DNA of 64,000 bases from Catajapyx aquilonaris (Eukaryota). A program made the translations under genes and the position numbers. The DNA is taken from assembly GCA_000934665.2 (NCBI GenBank), contig JYFJ02001981.1, positions 1 through 64,000 of the forward strand, in the 5' to 3' direction. How positions within the stretch are numbered: the first letter of the stretch is position 1; every line of letters starts with the position of its first letter. Below are positions 48,570 to 59,800 of this stretch, piece by piece. Under the pieces are notes generated by a model. The model did no database searches. It was not told the origin of the DNA and saw nothing but the letters and a program-made list of their open reading frames with translations.

Positions 48570-51500
48570 ATGTTTAGAGTAGGAGCCAAGGTTGCCCAGG
48601 TGAGTCGTTCCTTCTGTTCTCTTATGCAACATCCTTGGGACCTGACACTTTTTGGGATTCAGAATTTTTCGTACCCAACTTCGGAATATTTGTAGGCTAC
48701 TGTACAAGTACATTATTTTGCATTTATAAAATGGGACAGCTTTGGGATGAGACCTAAGCCTAACCACGATATCCATTTGCATTTAATTAGAATAGAGGTT
48801 ATGCATAAACTCTGAAGGTTATTAAATGTTTAATTATTCTGTATATTTCGTACAGATTTAGCTAATGACGCTATCCATGTTACACTCACATTGAACTTTG
48901 TATTTGTGGCGTGTCACGGCAGCCCTAATTTTTTCCGATTTTGGGATTTCGGATAAATGATTCTCAGCCTGTACACACGGTTTTTTTAAAAAAATACTGT
49001 GTGGGTGTGAAGATGGGTGTGTGTGTGTCGGTGTGTAGGAGCAAGGAACTTTTGCACCAGTTCAATGGACTTATCCCACAGATTCAAATTATCGTCTGGC
49101 GTACTCTCATAAATATTTGCATATAGTATGCGGCATACGCCCACTGTGAAGACGCACACAAAAGAATCAGATGTCAAATATGATCAGTCATAACCAGACT
49201 GATCCAGGCTTGAACATGCTGTGGAATAATCCTGTTATGATACCGATACCAACATATCAAGCTGTAGAATTGTAGATACTACGATCATTTCCGCACCAGT
49301 ATTGTAAATGTCACGTTACAGGTCCAATGTCATTAGTCTCATTACTCTCCTTGATGTCACATGATATAGCCCACAACTCCAGACAGGAGATAATACGGTT
49401 TTTTCGGTGCTGTGATTATCCATTCAAGTTCGCTGATAGTGACTATTTCTTACGCAACCCTGGCACGACAACATATTTTAGAAAATCAAGGACGAATCTT
49501 AATTATGTAAACAGCGTGGAAAAAAATTAGTTTCCCTCTCGAAAACAACTTCCATATGGCCATGTCTGGTACTTCACGTCAACCAAATTCCCAAAATTCC
49601 AGTCAAGTAGGTTTATTATTACGGTATGTCAACAACATACTTTTACCAGAAATGGTGAAATATTCACTATTTTGTTTTTATAACATGTAAAATATACGTC
49701 GTACACGTATCATTCCTGGGTTGGGTGATACCATATTCATCTTGTTATATATTAATGTCTTCAGCCCATAAGAACAAATTACATTTTGTCCCCCTTTGTG
49801 TCAATCAAATTTTCACTTCAAAACTCAAAACTTCAAAAGGAGACAGAAATATTGCCAGCTGATACAACATTACCAGGCCTGCGTTCAGCTGCTTACTAGT
49901 TGTTTACATTGTATGATTGTACGTTTTGTGTATGTGTTCATATCATTTATATCATATTCATCCCTTTCATTAACCTCTGCGTGGCCTGACCATCCACCAG
50001 AGTGTCATTTTGTAGGTCATACGAGGGGGACAGGGGCAACCTGTACTCCGCTGGCTACCCCTCTATGGGATTATTTTGCCGTGAAGTAAATGATGATGGT
50101 GATGATGATACAACATTACTAATAAATTGGTAAGAGTCAATGTTTTTATAATAACTGGAGATAAATATTCATAACTTCATCCTCAGGAAAACATGATGCA
50201 CTCTCCCAAAATATGATGCCATGCTGTTGCACATTATGATCGCAAATTCGCAATAATATTACAAATCTAACACGTACTTTTGAAAATCAGTACTGATCAA
50301 TAGTTAGTATTTTTAAAGGTATAAAACCTGACTTACATTTCACGACTCTCTCAACAGAAAATGCAATCATAAAAATAATTAAACTGTCACTACGACTTGC
50401 GTAATACGACGGTCGAATTTATAGTTCGGAATGAGGTTCAAAATAGTCTATTTCGTCACAGTATTTGGCAAAAGCTGAGAATTACTGTAGTGATAATATG
50501 TATACTGCAATATACAATGATGCAATTCCCAAATATTCCATGGATTTTATTGCAATAATGATTCCTCTGCTTCGTACTGCAAAATACTCCAGGGCCCGAT
50601 GATCACTTTTTATTAGTCCAACTTATGGAAATTGATTCAATCTTCCGCTACACCAACGTCAGTTTGTCATTAATCGCATCGCGCCAGCTAATTTTAAAAA
50701 TATTAGCCTTGCACTACATGGCGTAAATATTGTGACCTTTGATAAAGGGATTAAAGGCGCATCATATAGTCCTTATACCAGTGTGCAATACGTAATTATA
50801 CGCATATCCATAATAAATGGACAATATTCTCTGAAATAGCCCTACCACAGAAAACCCCATCATAGTAAGTCGTCTATGCTACTCATCATGAGATCAAAAT
50901 GTGAAACCCAACCATATCGAACCAGGGACGCGTACTTTACCTCAAAGGTACTACGCCTCTCTCACCATAAATACTAAATGCGGTTCAAGTACTAAAATGA
51001 TCCGATTATCCCAATTGGTATGCCAGTATGCCACTATGTTTATTCATGTAGTCAGAATTAATAAACTAGATCCAGCACATGAGGCGAACGTCACGAGTTG
51101 ATATAACCTAACCAAAAATTATCCACAGATATGGACAGCCACAGCAGCTTGCTTAGGACTGCTTGTGGCAGGCACAGTCTTGGGATACACTTCTTTTGCA
51201 ATACCTTCTCTACTGGAATACAGCGCTGCAAATGGGACACTAACGGTCAGTCCCGAGGAAACAGCCTGGATCGGTACGTTCAAGTCATTTTTATTTAGGC
51301 CTACCACTTCCAAAGAGTCCTCTACTTGCTCTGACTCTTCCATGAACCAAACAACCAAAATAATATGTTTTTCCAATCATGTTTAGGAAGTCTCGTCCCA
51401 CTCGGAGCCCTTTTTGGAAGCCTCTTTGGGGGACTCATACTGTCCATTGTTGGCCGTAGAAGAACCATGCTGCTGATCATCGCCCCCGTTTTTACCGTGG

Positions 51501-52712
51501 GGTGGATATTGGTGGCGGCCGCAGTCCATTTGTCCATGATATACATTGGACGTCTGGTGGGAGGTCTCGGCGTGGGCCTAGGAATAACATCGGCGGCCAT
51601 CATGGTGATGGAGACTTCCCAGGTGTCTCTCAGGGGCTACCTGGGTGCGCTGCCTCAAATCATGATTGTCACAGGCATATTGCTCAGCTACATCGTGGGT
51701 GCCTTCGTGGACTGGTCCTGGCTGGCTTGGATCAGCCTCACCACTGTGATTCCTTACGTGCTGTTACTGCTGCCTGTGCCCGAATCTCCAGTATGGCTGC
51801 TGTCGCACAGGGGACGAGAGCAGGCATTGGAATCTCTGACCTGGTTGAGAGGTGGGGACACGCAGGTGGCTGACCAGGAGCTGACTGCACTGGAAGAAGG
51901 AGTGTCTGAAGCCAAAACCTCCTCTGGGCATCCCATCTTCCTTCTGAGGCAGTTGCCCTACCTGAAGGCCTTCCTGGTGGCCATCGGCCTCATGCTTTTC
52001 CAGCAGATGACCGGAGTCAACGCTGTGGTGTTTTACACCGTTCAGATATTCCAGGTTGGTCCAATCATAAATTTCTCCAGGTCTATTACACTATTTTGAC
52101 CATTTTTTATAATGGCAGGACTCTGGAAGCAACATGGACCCCAATGTTGCGACTATTGTGGTTGGAGCCGGGATAGTTCTGGCAACCCTTGTGGGAGCGG
52201 TTTTGGTGGAGCGAGCTGGACGACGTCCACTGCTGACTATCTCTTCCTTGTTTCAAGCAGTGTCCATGGCTGCCTTAGGAGCATACTTCTACATGAAGGA
52301 GAATGGGTCTGATCCTCCAGGCTGGTTGCCTCTTCTCAGTATGGCTTTGTACGTCATCTTCTTCTCCATTGGATATGGACCTTTGGCGTGGTTGGTGGCG
52401 GCAGAGATACTACCCGTCGAGATTATGAGTGCTGTGAATCCCATTGCTATCGCAATTAATTGGGGATGTGTCTTCTACACTACATTTACCTTCATATTGA
52501 TTGTAAATAGCATAAACACATATGGAGCCTTCTGGTTGTATGGTTCTGTGGCTCTGCTAGGTGTTTTATTCAGTTTCTTTTGCGTACCTGAGACTAAAGG
52601 CCTGACACCTGATCAAATCAGGAAGATCTTTTATGGAGATAAATCAAAGACCGACGTTGTTAATCAAGGGGGATTGCTTGACAAAGATAAATGCAAAGAA
52701 GACATTTGTTGA
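48570..52712 (+). CDS. T11: Tret1-like sugar porter (478 aa)
   Basis: join(48570..48599,51129..51273,51387..52054,52119..52712); exon 1 MFRVGAKVAQ|GTGAGT with Inr-like TCAGTT at 48547; QQMTGVN, PETKG. Confidence 0.91.
48621..48971. mobile_element. pogo/Tigger4(Zombi)-like MITE remnant in T11 intron 1
   Basis: Right end TTTCGGATAAATGATTCTCAGCCTG|TA and ordered internal blocks TTGGGACC, GGAATATTTG, GGGATGAGACCTAAGCCTAACCACGA, CTGAAGGT, TTGTGGCGT resemble the Tigger4 deletion-derivative consensus as I recall it; left TIR eroded. Confidence 0.55.
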
Positions 52713-53559
52713 AAGGGTGTCATTTTGTACCGCAGGCGTTTTAAGATCTTTTTACTGTACTTTTGTATGTAAATATATACATGTCCTACTCATTTCAGTT
52801 GCGTACTTTCATACAGCAGCTATAAAAGCAATTCACGGAAGAGCTATTTCCTTACTGCACGCTATCAGGCAAGTTATACTGTATATGTGCAGTCGTCAAC
52901 AGGTATTCATTTCACACAACTTTCCATATACATAAATATGAGCGTGCACCACGCGTACGTAAATCACAAACAGAATGAAAGCTCCCACATTACAGGGCAT
53001 TTTGCTGCAGACATTAACATCAAGAGAGCATTTTTCAGAAAAATTATATCGCCCATTTAACGACGACAGCGCAAAATTATCCGGGCCGCAGCTGCTCTCG
53101 TGCCCGACACACAAGCGATGGCTTCAGGCAGGCCATTGTTGTGAATACAATTACAAACGTCGCAGTTACACGCTCCGACTGACACAGTTCGGTGAGATAA
53201 GCCCACATTCTGGCTCATTCTCTCTCTCATTTGCTTCAAAGTGTGCGGAGCGACAGGTGGCACCCAGACTAAGGGGGGGTCCCTGCCCTGCCCCAACACG
53301 TGTTTACCCTATACACCGCTTTTCCCCCCGGCCGTGAATTCCTCTCTCACATCGATCCGTGCATTCCTCATCCAGCCTATTCCTTCTACCTTCCATCACA
53401 CTAAATCTCCTTCCCACAAGATGCTCCTCTAACGAAGAATCATGGCTTAAAATATGCACCGCGTGTCAGTCACATATTCGTCTGCGGTCAACGATGTCTG
53501 ATGGTGCCCTGGCAATTAGGTTGAAATGCACGTATCCGGTGTTATGTATACGGTATAGG

Positions 53560-53935
53560 TACGGGTTGGGGGTACACGCCGACGCATTCGTGAGAGGAGG
53601 CGCCCCCCCCCCCCCCCCCCCCCCCNCCCCCTGCCTCTCCACAGCCGAAAATCCGTCGTCGCGAGCGTCCCGGACTGAATCAGTCGTTCAGAGACACGCT
53701 GCCGAGCCAACGGCGTCGGCAGCGTCGGCGGCGTTGGAACCACGCCGCCGGCACCACCGGCACGTGACCGGTCCATCACCTGCATGCCCAGGTCGGTCTG
53801 CAGTACTTCTAACATATTACCAAGCCGTACCCTGCCGAGTACATGTGTGCAACGGGCCATGCATGCATATTTACATTCTGGTTGATACGCATGGTATTCA
53901 TTCAGAGCCGTGTGGTCTTCTCTAGAAAGTGTACG
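53560..53935 (+). promoter_or_regulatory. Candidate ETHR promoter and non-coding first exon
   Basis: CpG-rich stretch, arthropod Inr-like ATCAGTC at 53679-53685, strong donor CG|GTAAGT at 53936, ~2.9 kb upstream of the receptor ATG. Inference only. Confidence 0.35.
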
Positions 53936-54447
53936 GTAAGTAGGGCGAAAGTGCGGGAAGACAGTAATTACGTTGAACCCAATGAAACCGTAAGCGGTAC
54001 TTACCAAGATCTTAAAGGGCCTCCAATCCCAACGGCACTGAAAAGAGGAAAAACCGCGTTAAAATGTATGTAATCTACGAAGTACGGAGCTAATTAAGGC
54101 GTACGTGAAGTGATATAACCAGAGTTATTCGTGTACCGGTACTTTTAATGTCAACAACATTACGATAGTGTAGGTATCATACCTTCAGTTTCCATCCACA
54201 ATATGTAAACATTCATTTAAAGCTGAGTCAGCCTATTCTGGAACCTCCTCTTCAGGTAACAGTCAGTAGTCCTAAAATATGTTCATTATTATTTTATTTA
54301 AACTATTAATGTACGCAAAACAAAATGTAAAATTAAATCTTATTAGAAAAAGCCATAAAAATCTGAACATAACTTTTTAGTTTTTTAACGTTTTTAGTTG
54401 TAGCCTTTTTAAAGTGCTTGAATCCAAGCTATAGATGCTTCCAATCA

Positions 54448-54449
<2 letters not shown>

Positions 54450-54523
<74 letters not shown>
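54450..54523. repeat. (AAT)n microsatellite
   Basis: About 24 perfect AAT units. Confidence 0.97.
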
Positions 54524-54524
<1 letters not shown>

Positions 54525-55493
54525 TCCTCATCTTTCAACTCTGTTTACTCGCTTTTCCTTGCTGACGGGCTTTTGCTGATGGAAAGAAAGAGGAAGCCCA
54601 ACAAATCCCCCCCAAGCATCCCTAGTAATTCATATTAGCTCTTTCCACATGGAAAATCCCCATCCCAATCAAGGATCGACTTCTCGGTACCACAGACTCA
54701 GAACGTCTTTCCCTGAGGCCACAGTTCTGTCCACCACAACGTATCCGCGATATGAAATGATATTACCTGCACAGCCCCCATCCAGGAACTAGCTTTTCCT
54801 CTCTCTATCCATCAGCAGTTGCTGAATGGAATGGGAGAGCTCTAGGAATATTGGCTGAACCCATGCTGATTTGCTGCTTTTCCTTATGCCAGGGAAATGA
54901 AGGTTCTAAGCCCTCCCTAAATCTCCGTGGAGGATCGCTATTGATGAGATCTAGGACCAAGTGGAATTTACGGGTCACATGCCTCTGGTTCTGTCTCTGT
55001 CATTTTGAAAACCTATGCGAATTGTTTTCGCTTGGCAGGCTTTGAACGCCCAAGTGAACACATTTGCACGTTTTTTTTCCCCGCCCTCGGAGAATGAACC
55101 TTATGGAATTAAATCAATTGCAGTCTCAGCCTAGACTGTCACCTTTTTTTGTGTGTGTTAAGTGACAACTCCGCCGCTTCCGCCAAGCGACCCATGCATA
55201 AGTTACGAGTTTATTTATACCCAGGGACTGAATCGATATTATCTTGCTGCTGTTGTAATACAAGTGCAACTTGAGACCATTACGACACCTTGTAGCGGAC
55301 ATGTATTATTCCCCCCCCCNCCGCGTGTATAGCTGATCGGGGCTAACGGTGGGCCATGGTGCTCAGTTAAATAATTTACAGGATAGTGAGAGAGTGCACT
55401 CTGGCAGTTTAAAACTGCAAGATACTGTTTACCTATTACAGTAAATTTTCGCCAGAGTAATGTTTTCGTTCTTGCGGCTTTCATCTAATAAAT

Positions 55494-55530
55494 CCTTCAG
55501 AGGAAGGCAGTAGACGTCGAAACGCTGAGG
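55494..55530 (+). other. Degenerate minimal hammerhead-ribozyme-like motif (possible Penelope-like element remnant)
   Basis: CCTT-CAGAGGA-A-GGC-agtagac-GTC-GAAA-CG-CT-GAGG follows the stem I/CUGANGA/stem II/GAAA/UH/stem I' layout, with two core mismatches. Confidence 0.35.
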
Positions 55531-56229
55531 CGCAATACCGAACACTTTATCCTGGGAGGTGATAACCCATGCACCTCTTTTGAGTAGCGGGATTACTGTC
55601 GTTTAGGGGCAAGCACTACACTATTAGGATAGACGAGGCCTATATGCGTAATAGTTTTAATTAAATTCATATTCAACAAACAATAATATTTGACAGCAAT
55701 TATCGATTGAAATTTATCTTCCTTCCTACTCTGAATATTTTGAATTTCATGTTCCATGACACACGCAGTATAAACCTGAAAGAGAGCTCTCCTCGTGTTC
55801 TGGAAATCCCAATCACTGTAGCCCCAATTCAATTCCACTCCGTCCAATTATAATATGCGTAGCCTTCCTTTCAGCTCCATGCTGTATTGTGACATTTGAA
55901 CTTAACCTGACATAATTTTTTTTCGTTAATTCCACGTGCATTTTTCATTCTCACTGCCTGAATTAATTTTAGCATCAAATCCGTGCCTAGATGTGCCCAT
56001 CACTTATTCGCGTAATGAGCTCCACATCAGTCTGAATAAGGGTCGGACTTGATTATTCCTGGATCCATTTCCTGCTCCGAGTATGCAATCCACGTTAACA
56101 TGTGCTATACATTCTAGTGCCCTTCACTATAGCCCTCCTGATAATAATTCATCCCCAGGTTCTCTGCCAGATGTCCAATATCTTCCACCAGAAACAGACT
56201 AGTTCCAAGTAGCTCCACTTTGAAAGAAG

Positions 56230-56231
<2 letters not shown>

Positions 56232-56317
<86 letters not shown>

Positions 56318-56318
56318 T
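56232..56318. repeat. (TTA)n microsatellite
   Basis: About 29 perfect units; source of the poly-Leu ORF 56220..56456. Confidence 0.97.
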
Positions 56319-56843
56319 AGGCAAAGGCCGCCGCGCCGATCTACTTGCTATTCCCAAAAGCAGGTTGTCAGAATGCCTAGTCGCTGGATTCAAACTATAG
56401 GGCCGCTTTTTGTCAATTTTCGAGAATTAGTGTATAGTAAACAATACGTATTATGACAAAAGAACTGAACGAGCAGCACACAACAGTCCGGTATACAGCA
56501 CGTGAGTTTGTAAGGGAAGTACACAAAGTATATTGTCCGCGCGGGTTCACAGGCAAAATGACGCGGTAAAAATGCATGAGAGGTTCGTCATGTGCTCATG
56601 AAAACGCATATTGTGCAATGCGGCTGCTAGGCACAAAATGTAGGATGAAAGTGGGTTTATATGTGCTCGACCCCACGTAGGAAATTCCGTTTGAGAAGCT
56701 TCCAGATCTGAACCAGGATTTTTCCAACCAAACGTAATCTCAACCGGATTTTGGTCAAATTGAGTGCCATCGAGTTGGCAGGTCCATTCCGTCGGTGTGA
56801 AAACGGTGACGATGACGGGGAAGCGCAATAACAAGTTACGACG

Positions 56844-59800
56844 ATGGGTGCTGGTGTTGATTCCAGGAGCGACTTAGGGGATGGCATGAGCGGCAACTGG
56901 AGCGTGGACGAGGGGGAGGGTGCGGCGGAGAAGAACAGCGAGGTCAGCGAGGTCAGCAGTGGCCACGTCCTGCCCTTGTACCTCCGTGTGGGTGCAGCCG
57001 TCCTCACAGCCCTTCTCTTGGGGCTGGGCGTGGTGGGAAACCTCCTGGTGCCCATGGTCATCATCAAGAGCAAGGACATGAGGACCTCCACTAACATCTA
57101 CCTGATCAACCTCAGCCTCGCTGATCTCCTCGTCTTGCTTGTCTGTACTCCCACTCTCTTCTTGGAAGTCGCCAAGCATCCGGATGTCTGGCTACTTGGA
57201 CCTCATATGTGTGAGTACCCTCTTAATTCTCAAACTCCAATGGCTCAAAATATTTAAAACGTAAACGAACATATGTGTTAGAACATGCGAATTAGGAACG
57301 TACTCATACAGTGCTTGAGACACTTTCATCAACAATGCGCTGTTATACCTACTGCATCTAAAAACAAAAGGATGAAAATTCGCTTCGAAGGGCCGTCACA
57401 CTTCCTCGATCAATTCTTTGGTATGTCCTTGAAGTCCTTCGGGAACTCCTGAAATAATGGTCCGCCTCCTCACAACACGGCAGCGAGAGTAACATCAAAA
57501 GTGAGAGTCCCGAAAAGACAATATTTTTCAAAAGGAGCACACTATACGTTTGTCTCCTTCTCTATACCATCTCCCAAACACTTGATTTAAACCTAGGGCA
57601 CATACCGGTATATCAATACGCGTATAAACATCCCTGTACAGTAGTACGGATAGTATGGCAGGTCCATCAATGTTCAGCAGGCTTTCCCGAAACTCCCCGA
57701 TGCGCACTATAATGGTCGTCAAAAAATTTTAATGCTTCAAAAATGGGATTGTTTATTACTCACAGCATAGTTCAGTAATGAAAAATCAATTGCAACTTAA
57801 CTCACACTGACAATAAAGTACGCTACTGAAAAGTAAGGATATATTCATGGATATGAAAAATTGCATTTTTTTTCTACCTCCCAGCTCAAAAGACCTACTT
57901 CTCTGCTAATGACTACCCGCTTAATTCATCTTTTATGCAGGCTATTAGTTAACTCTATATGCCACAGTTCCATTTGTATAATGTTTCTACCTCTCAGGTT
58001 CCCCCTTTTTTCACCGCCTTTGAAACCAATGTTCCCATTACAAACATGTATAGATATGGGTACGCTCGGCACGGATTGCAATCAATCGAATAGGGTTTCC
58101 CATCTGGTGCCTAGCCTTGCGTGGGGGCACAAGCGGGGAATTTAATAAGAGTTTTTTTTTTTTGGGGGGGGGGGGGGGAGCCTCCCCATCACCCTCTAAC
58201 TCTCTTGAAGGCTTTCCCATTCTTCCGCGCCATTTCTCACCTCATTTGGGTGTCGCTAGCTGTCTCTTGTCAAGCCGAGCGTCTTGCGTCTTGACATTCA
58301 CGAGATGAATGGTGCTTGCTGGAAAAGCTGGACCACCACTCCTTTGCGTGCACGCTGACGGAATTTATTGCACGCTTCGTCATCTTCGCAACCGCCTTTT
58401 GTATTCGGATGCATAAGCTTTTGTTGACTGAAACAATGCCAGAGTGTTTTCAGGGTGCGTCTTTCTTCCAAGTGGAAAGGAGCTGTCTCGCTTTAGAAGA
58501 AAGAGTTGTCCAAAATGTCGCAGGGGTTTGGGAACTTTCGATTTTAAGTGTCGCAAACTGGAGTGCGACTGTTGAGTATCAAGTTGCAAAACTAATTCTG
58601 GCGACGAATGAGCAATGTGGATGGAAAATTCTGGTACGCATTTTGCAAGCTATATCAAATTCATTAATTTGCAACGTTATCAGAGCATGAAATATTATAC
58701 TATGAATTGCTCCTATTATATAATCCGGTTAATAACTTTGAAAGTTTCGCTTACGACCATACAACAACGGCTGCGGCATGTTGTGTAGGAATGTGATTTA
58801 GAGCGTAAGTTATAATTCACATTGGCGAAGATTTTCTTATTGTCCATTTATTCTCCGGAATTGGTTACCATAAAGCTGTCTCCTTCTCTACTCGCTCGGG
58901 AATCATTTTGCGGGCGGAAATGCCAGCAATATTGTCGGTGTATAGGTTTAAAAAAAAATCAGAGCGTATACGACCGAGATTCAGCTAAACTCTGTCTTAA
59001 CTGTCACTGGATTTTATTACTGACTTAGACTTGATCGGCATAATCTGCTCGGAAATGGAATTCTGGATAAATGGAAAAGTCCAACAAAAAGGAGGCATAA
59101 GACTTTCCTTTCTTTCAACTGAAAGTCAGACCAAAATGTCTCTGAGCGTTATTCATGTCATGCTGGGCTAAACTGCAAAGGCATGGATAATTGCTCGTCA
59201 ACCCACTTTGTTATTGGTTATAGCGGTAACTCCTGTACACCATTCGTGAGTTAATGAAATAGCCGAGTCAAAATAAATGGTTGCATCAAATCCACCCGTG
59301 TCCTATCTATGAAAAACAACTATTGCTGACCACTGCTTGCAACACTTTAAAGCGTACAATATGTTGGTTCATCAGGCAAGATGGTACCATACGTGGAGCT
59401 ATTGGTGGTTCACGCCTCTGTGCTGACCATCTTGGCCATCAGCCTGGAGAGATACTACGCCATCTGCCAGCCTCTGAAAGCCTCGTACGTGTGTACCAAG
59501 GGCCGTGCTATGGGCACCTGCGCCGGTGCCTGGTTGTCCGCAGCCCTGGTGAGCAGCCCCATTCTGGGCATCTCTGAGCTACGCGAGGAGGAGGACGCGG
59601 AGACTGGTGCCCCCGTGGCCGCCTGCCTGATGATGGCCACCAGCGTCCTGGCCGTCCTCTACTTCGTGCTGATCATTGCCGTGTTCTTCCTGCTGCCCCT
59701 GGTGGTCCTGGTAGTCCTCTACAGCGTGATGGCGCGCCAGCTGGTGGTCGACGCTGCAGCAGCCGCCGCCAGCAAGGGCGCTCCGTCAGTCGGGAGCCAC

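Noticed and set aside
2098..51873. Recurrent 100-180 aa overlapping-frame ORFs (MHPVGDSS..., ...HHGRMVGLVLAGMGQP...) inside exon 3 of most paralogues
   Set aside because: In this shifted frame a stop needs a T-ending codon followed by an AAN, AGN or GAN codon, which is scarce in transmembrane-coding DNA. They recur because the host exons are paralogous, and their starts and ends vary.
1997..52712. ORF-track fragments as separate half-transporters or pseudogenes
   Set aside because: They are exons 3 and 4 extended into introns; conserved GT-AG sites join them in frame in all 11 copies.
53359..54007. 188 aa and 163 aa ORFs across the poly-C tract
   Set aside because: GC-rich low-complexity sequence containing an ambiguous base, with no recognisable motifs; better explained as regulatory or UTR DNA.
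54435..56456. Poly-Asn and poly-Leu ORFs; the two microsatellites as inverted ends of one element
   Set aside because: The ORFs are translations of (AAT)n and (TTA)n. No TSD or shared flanks link the two tracts.
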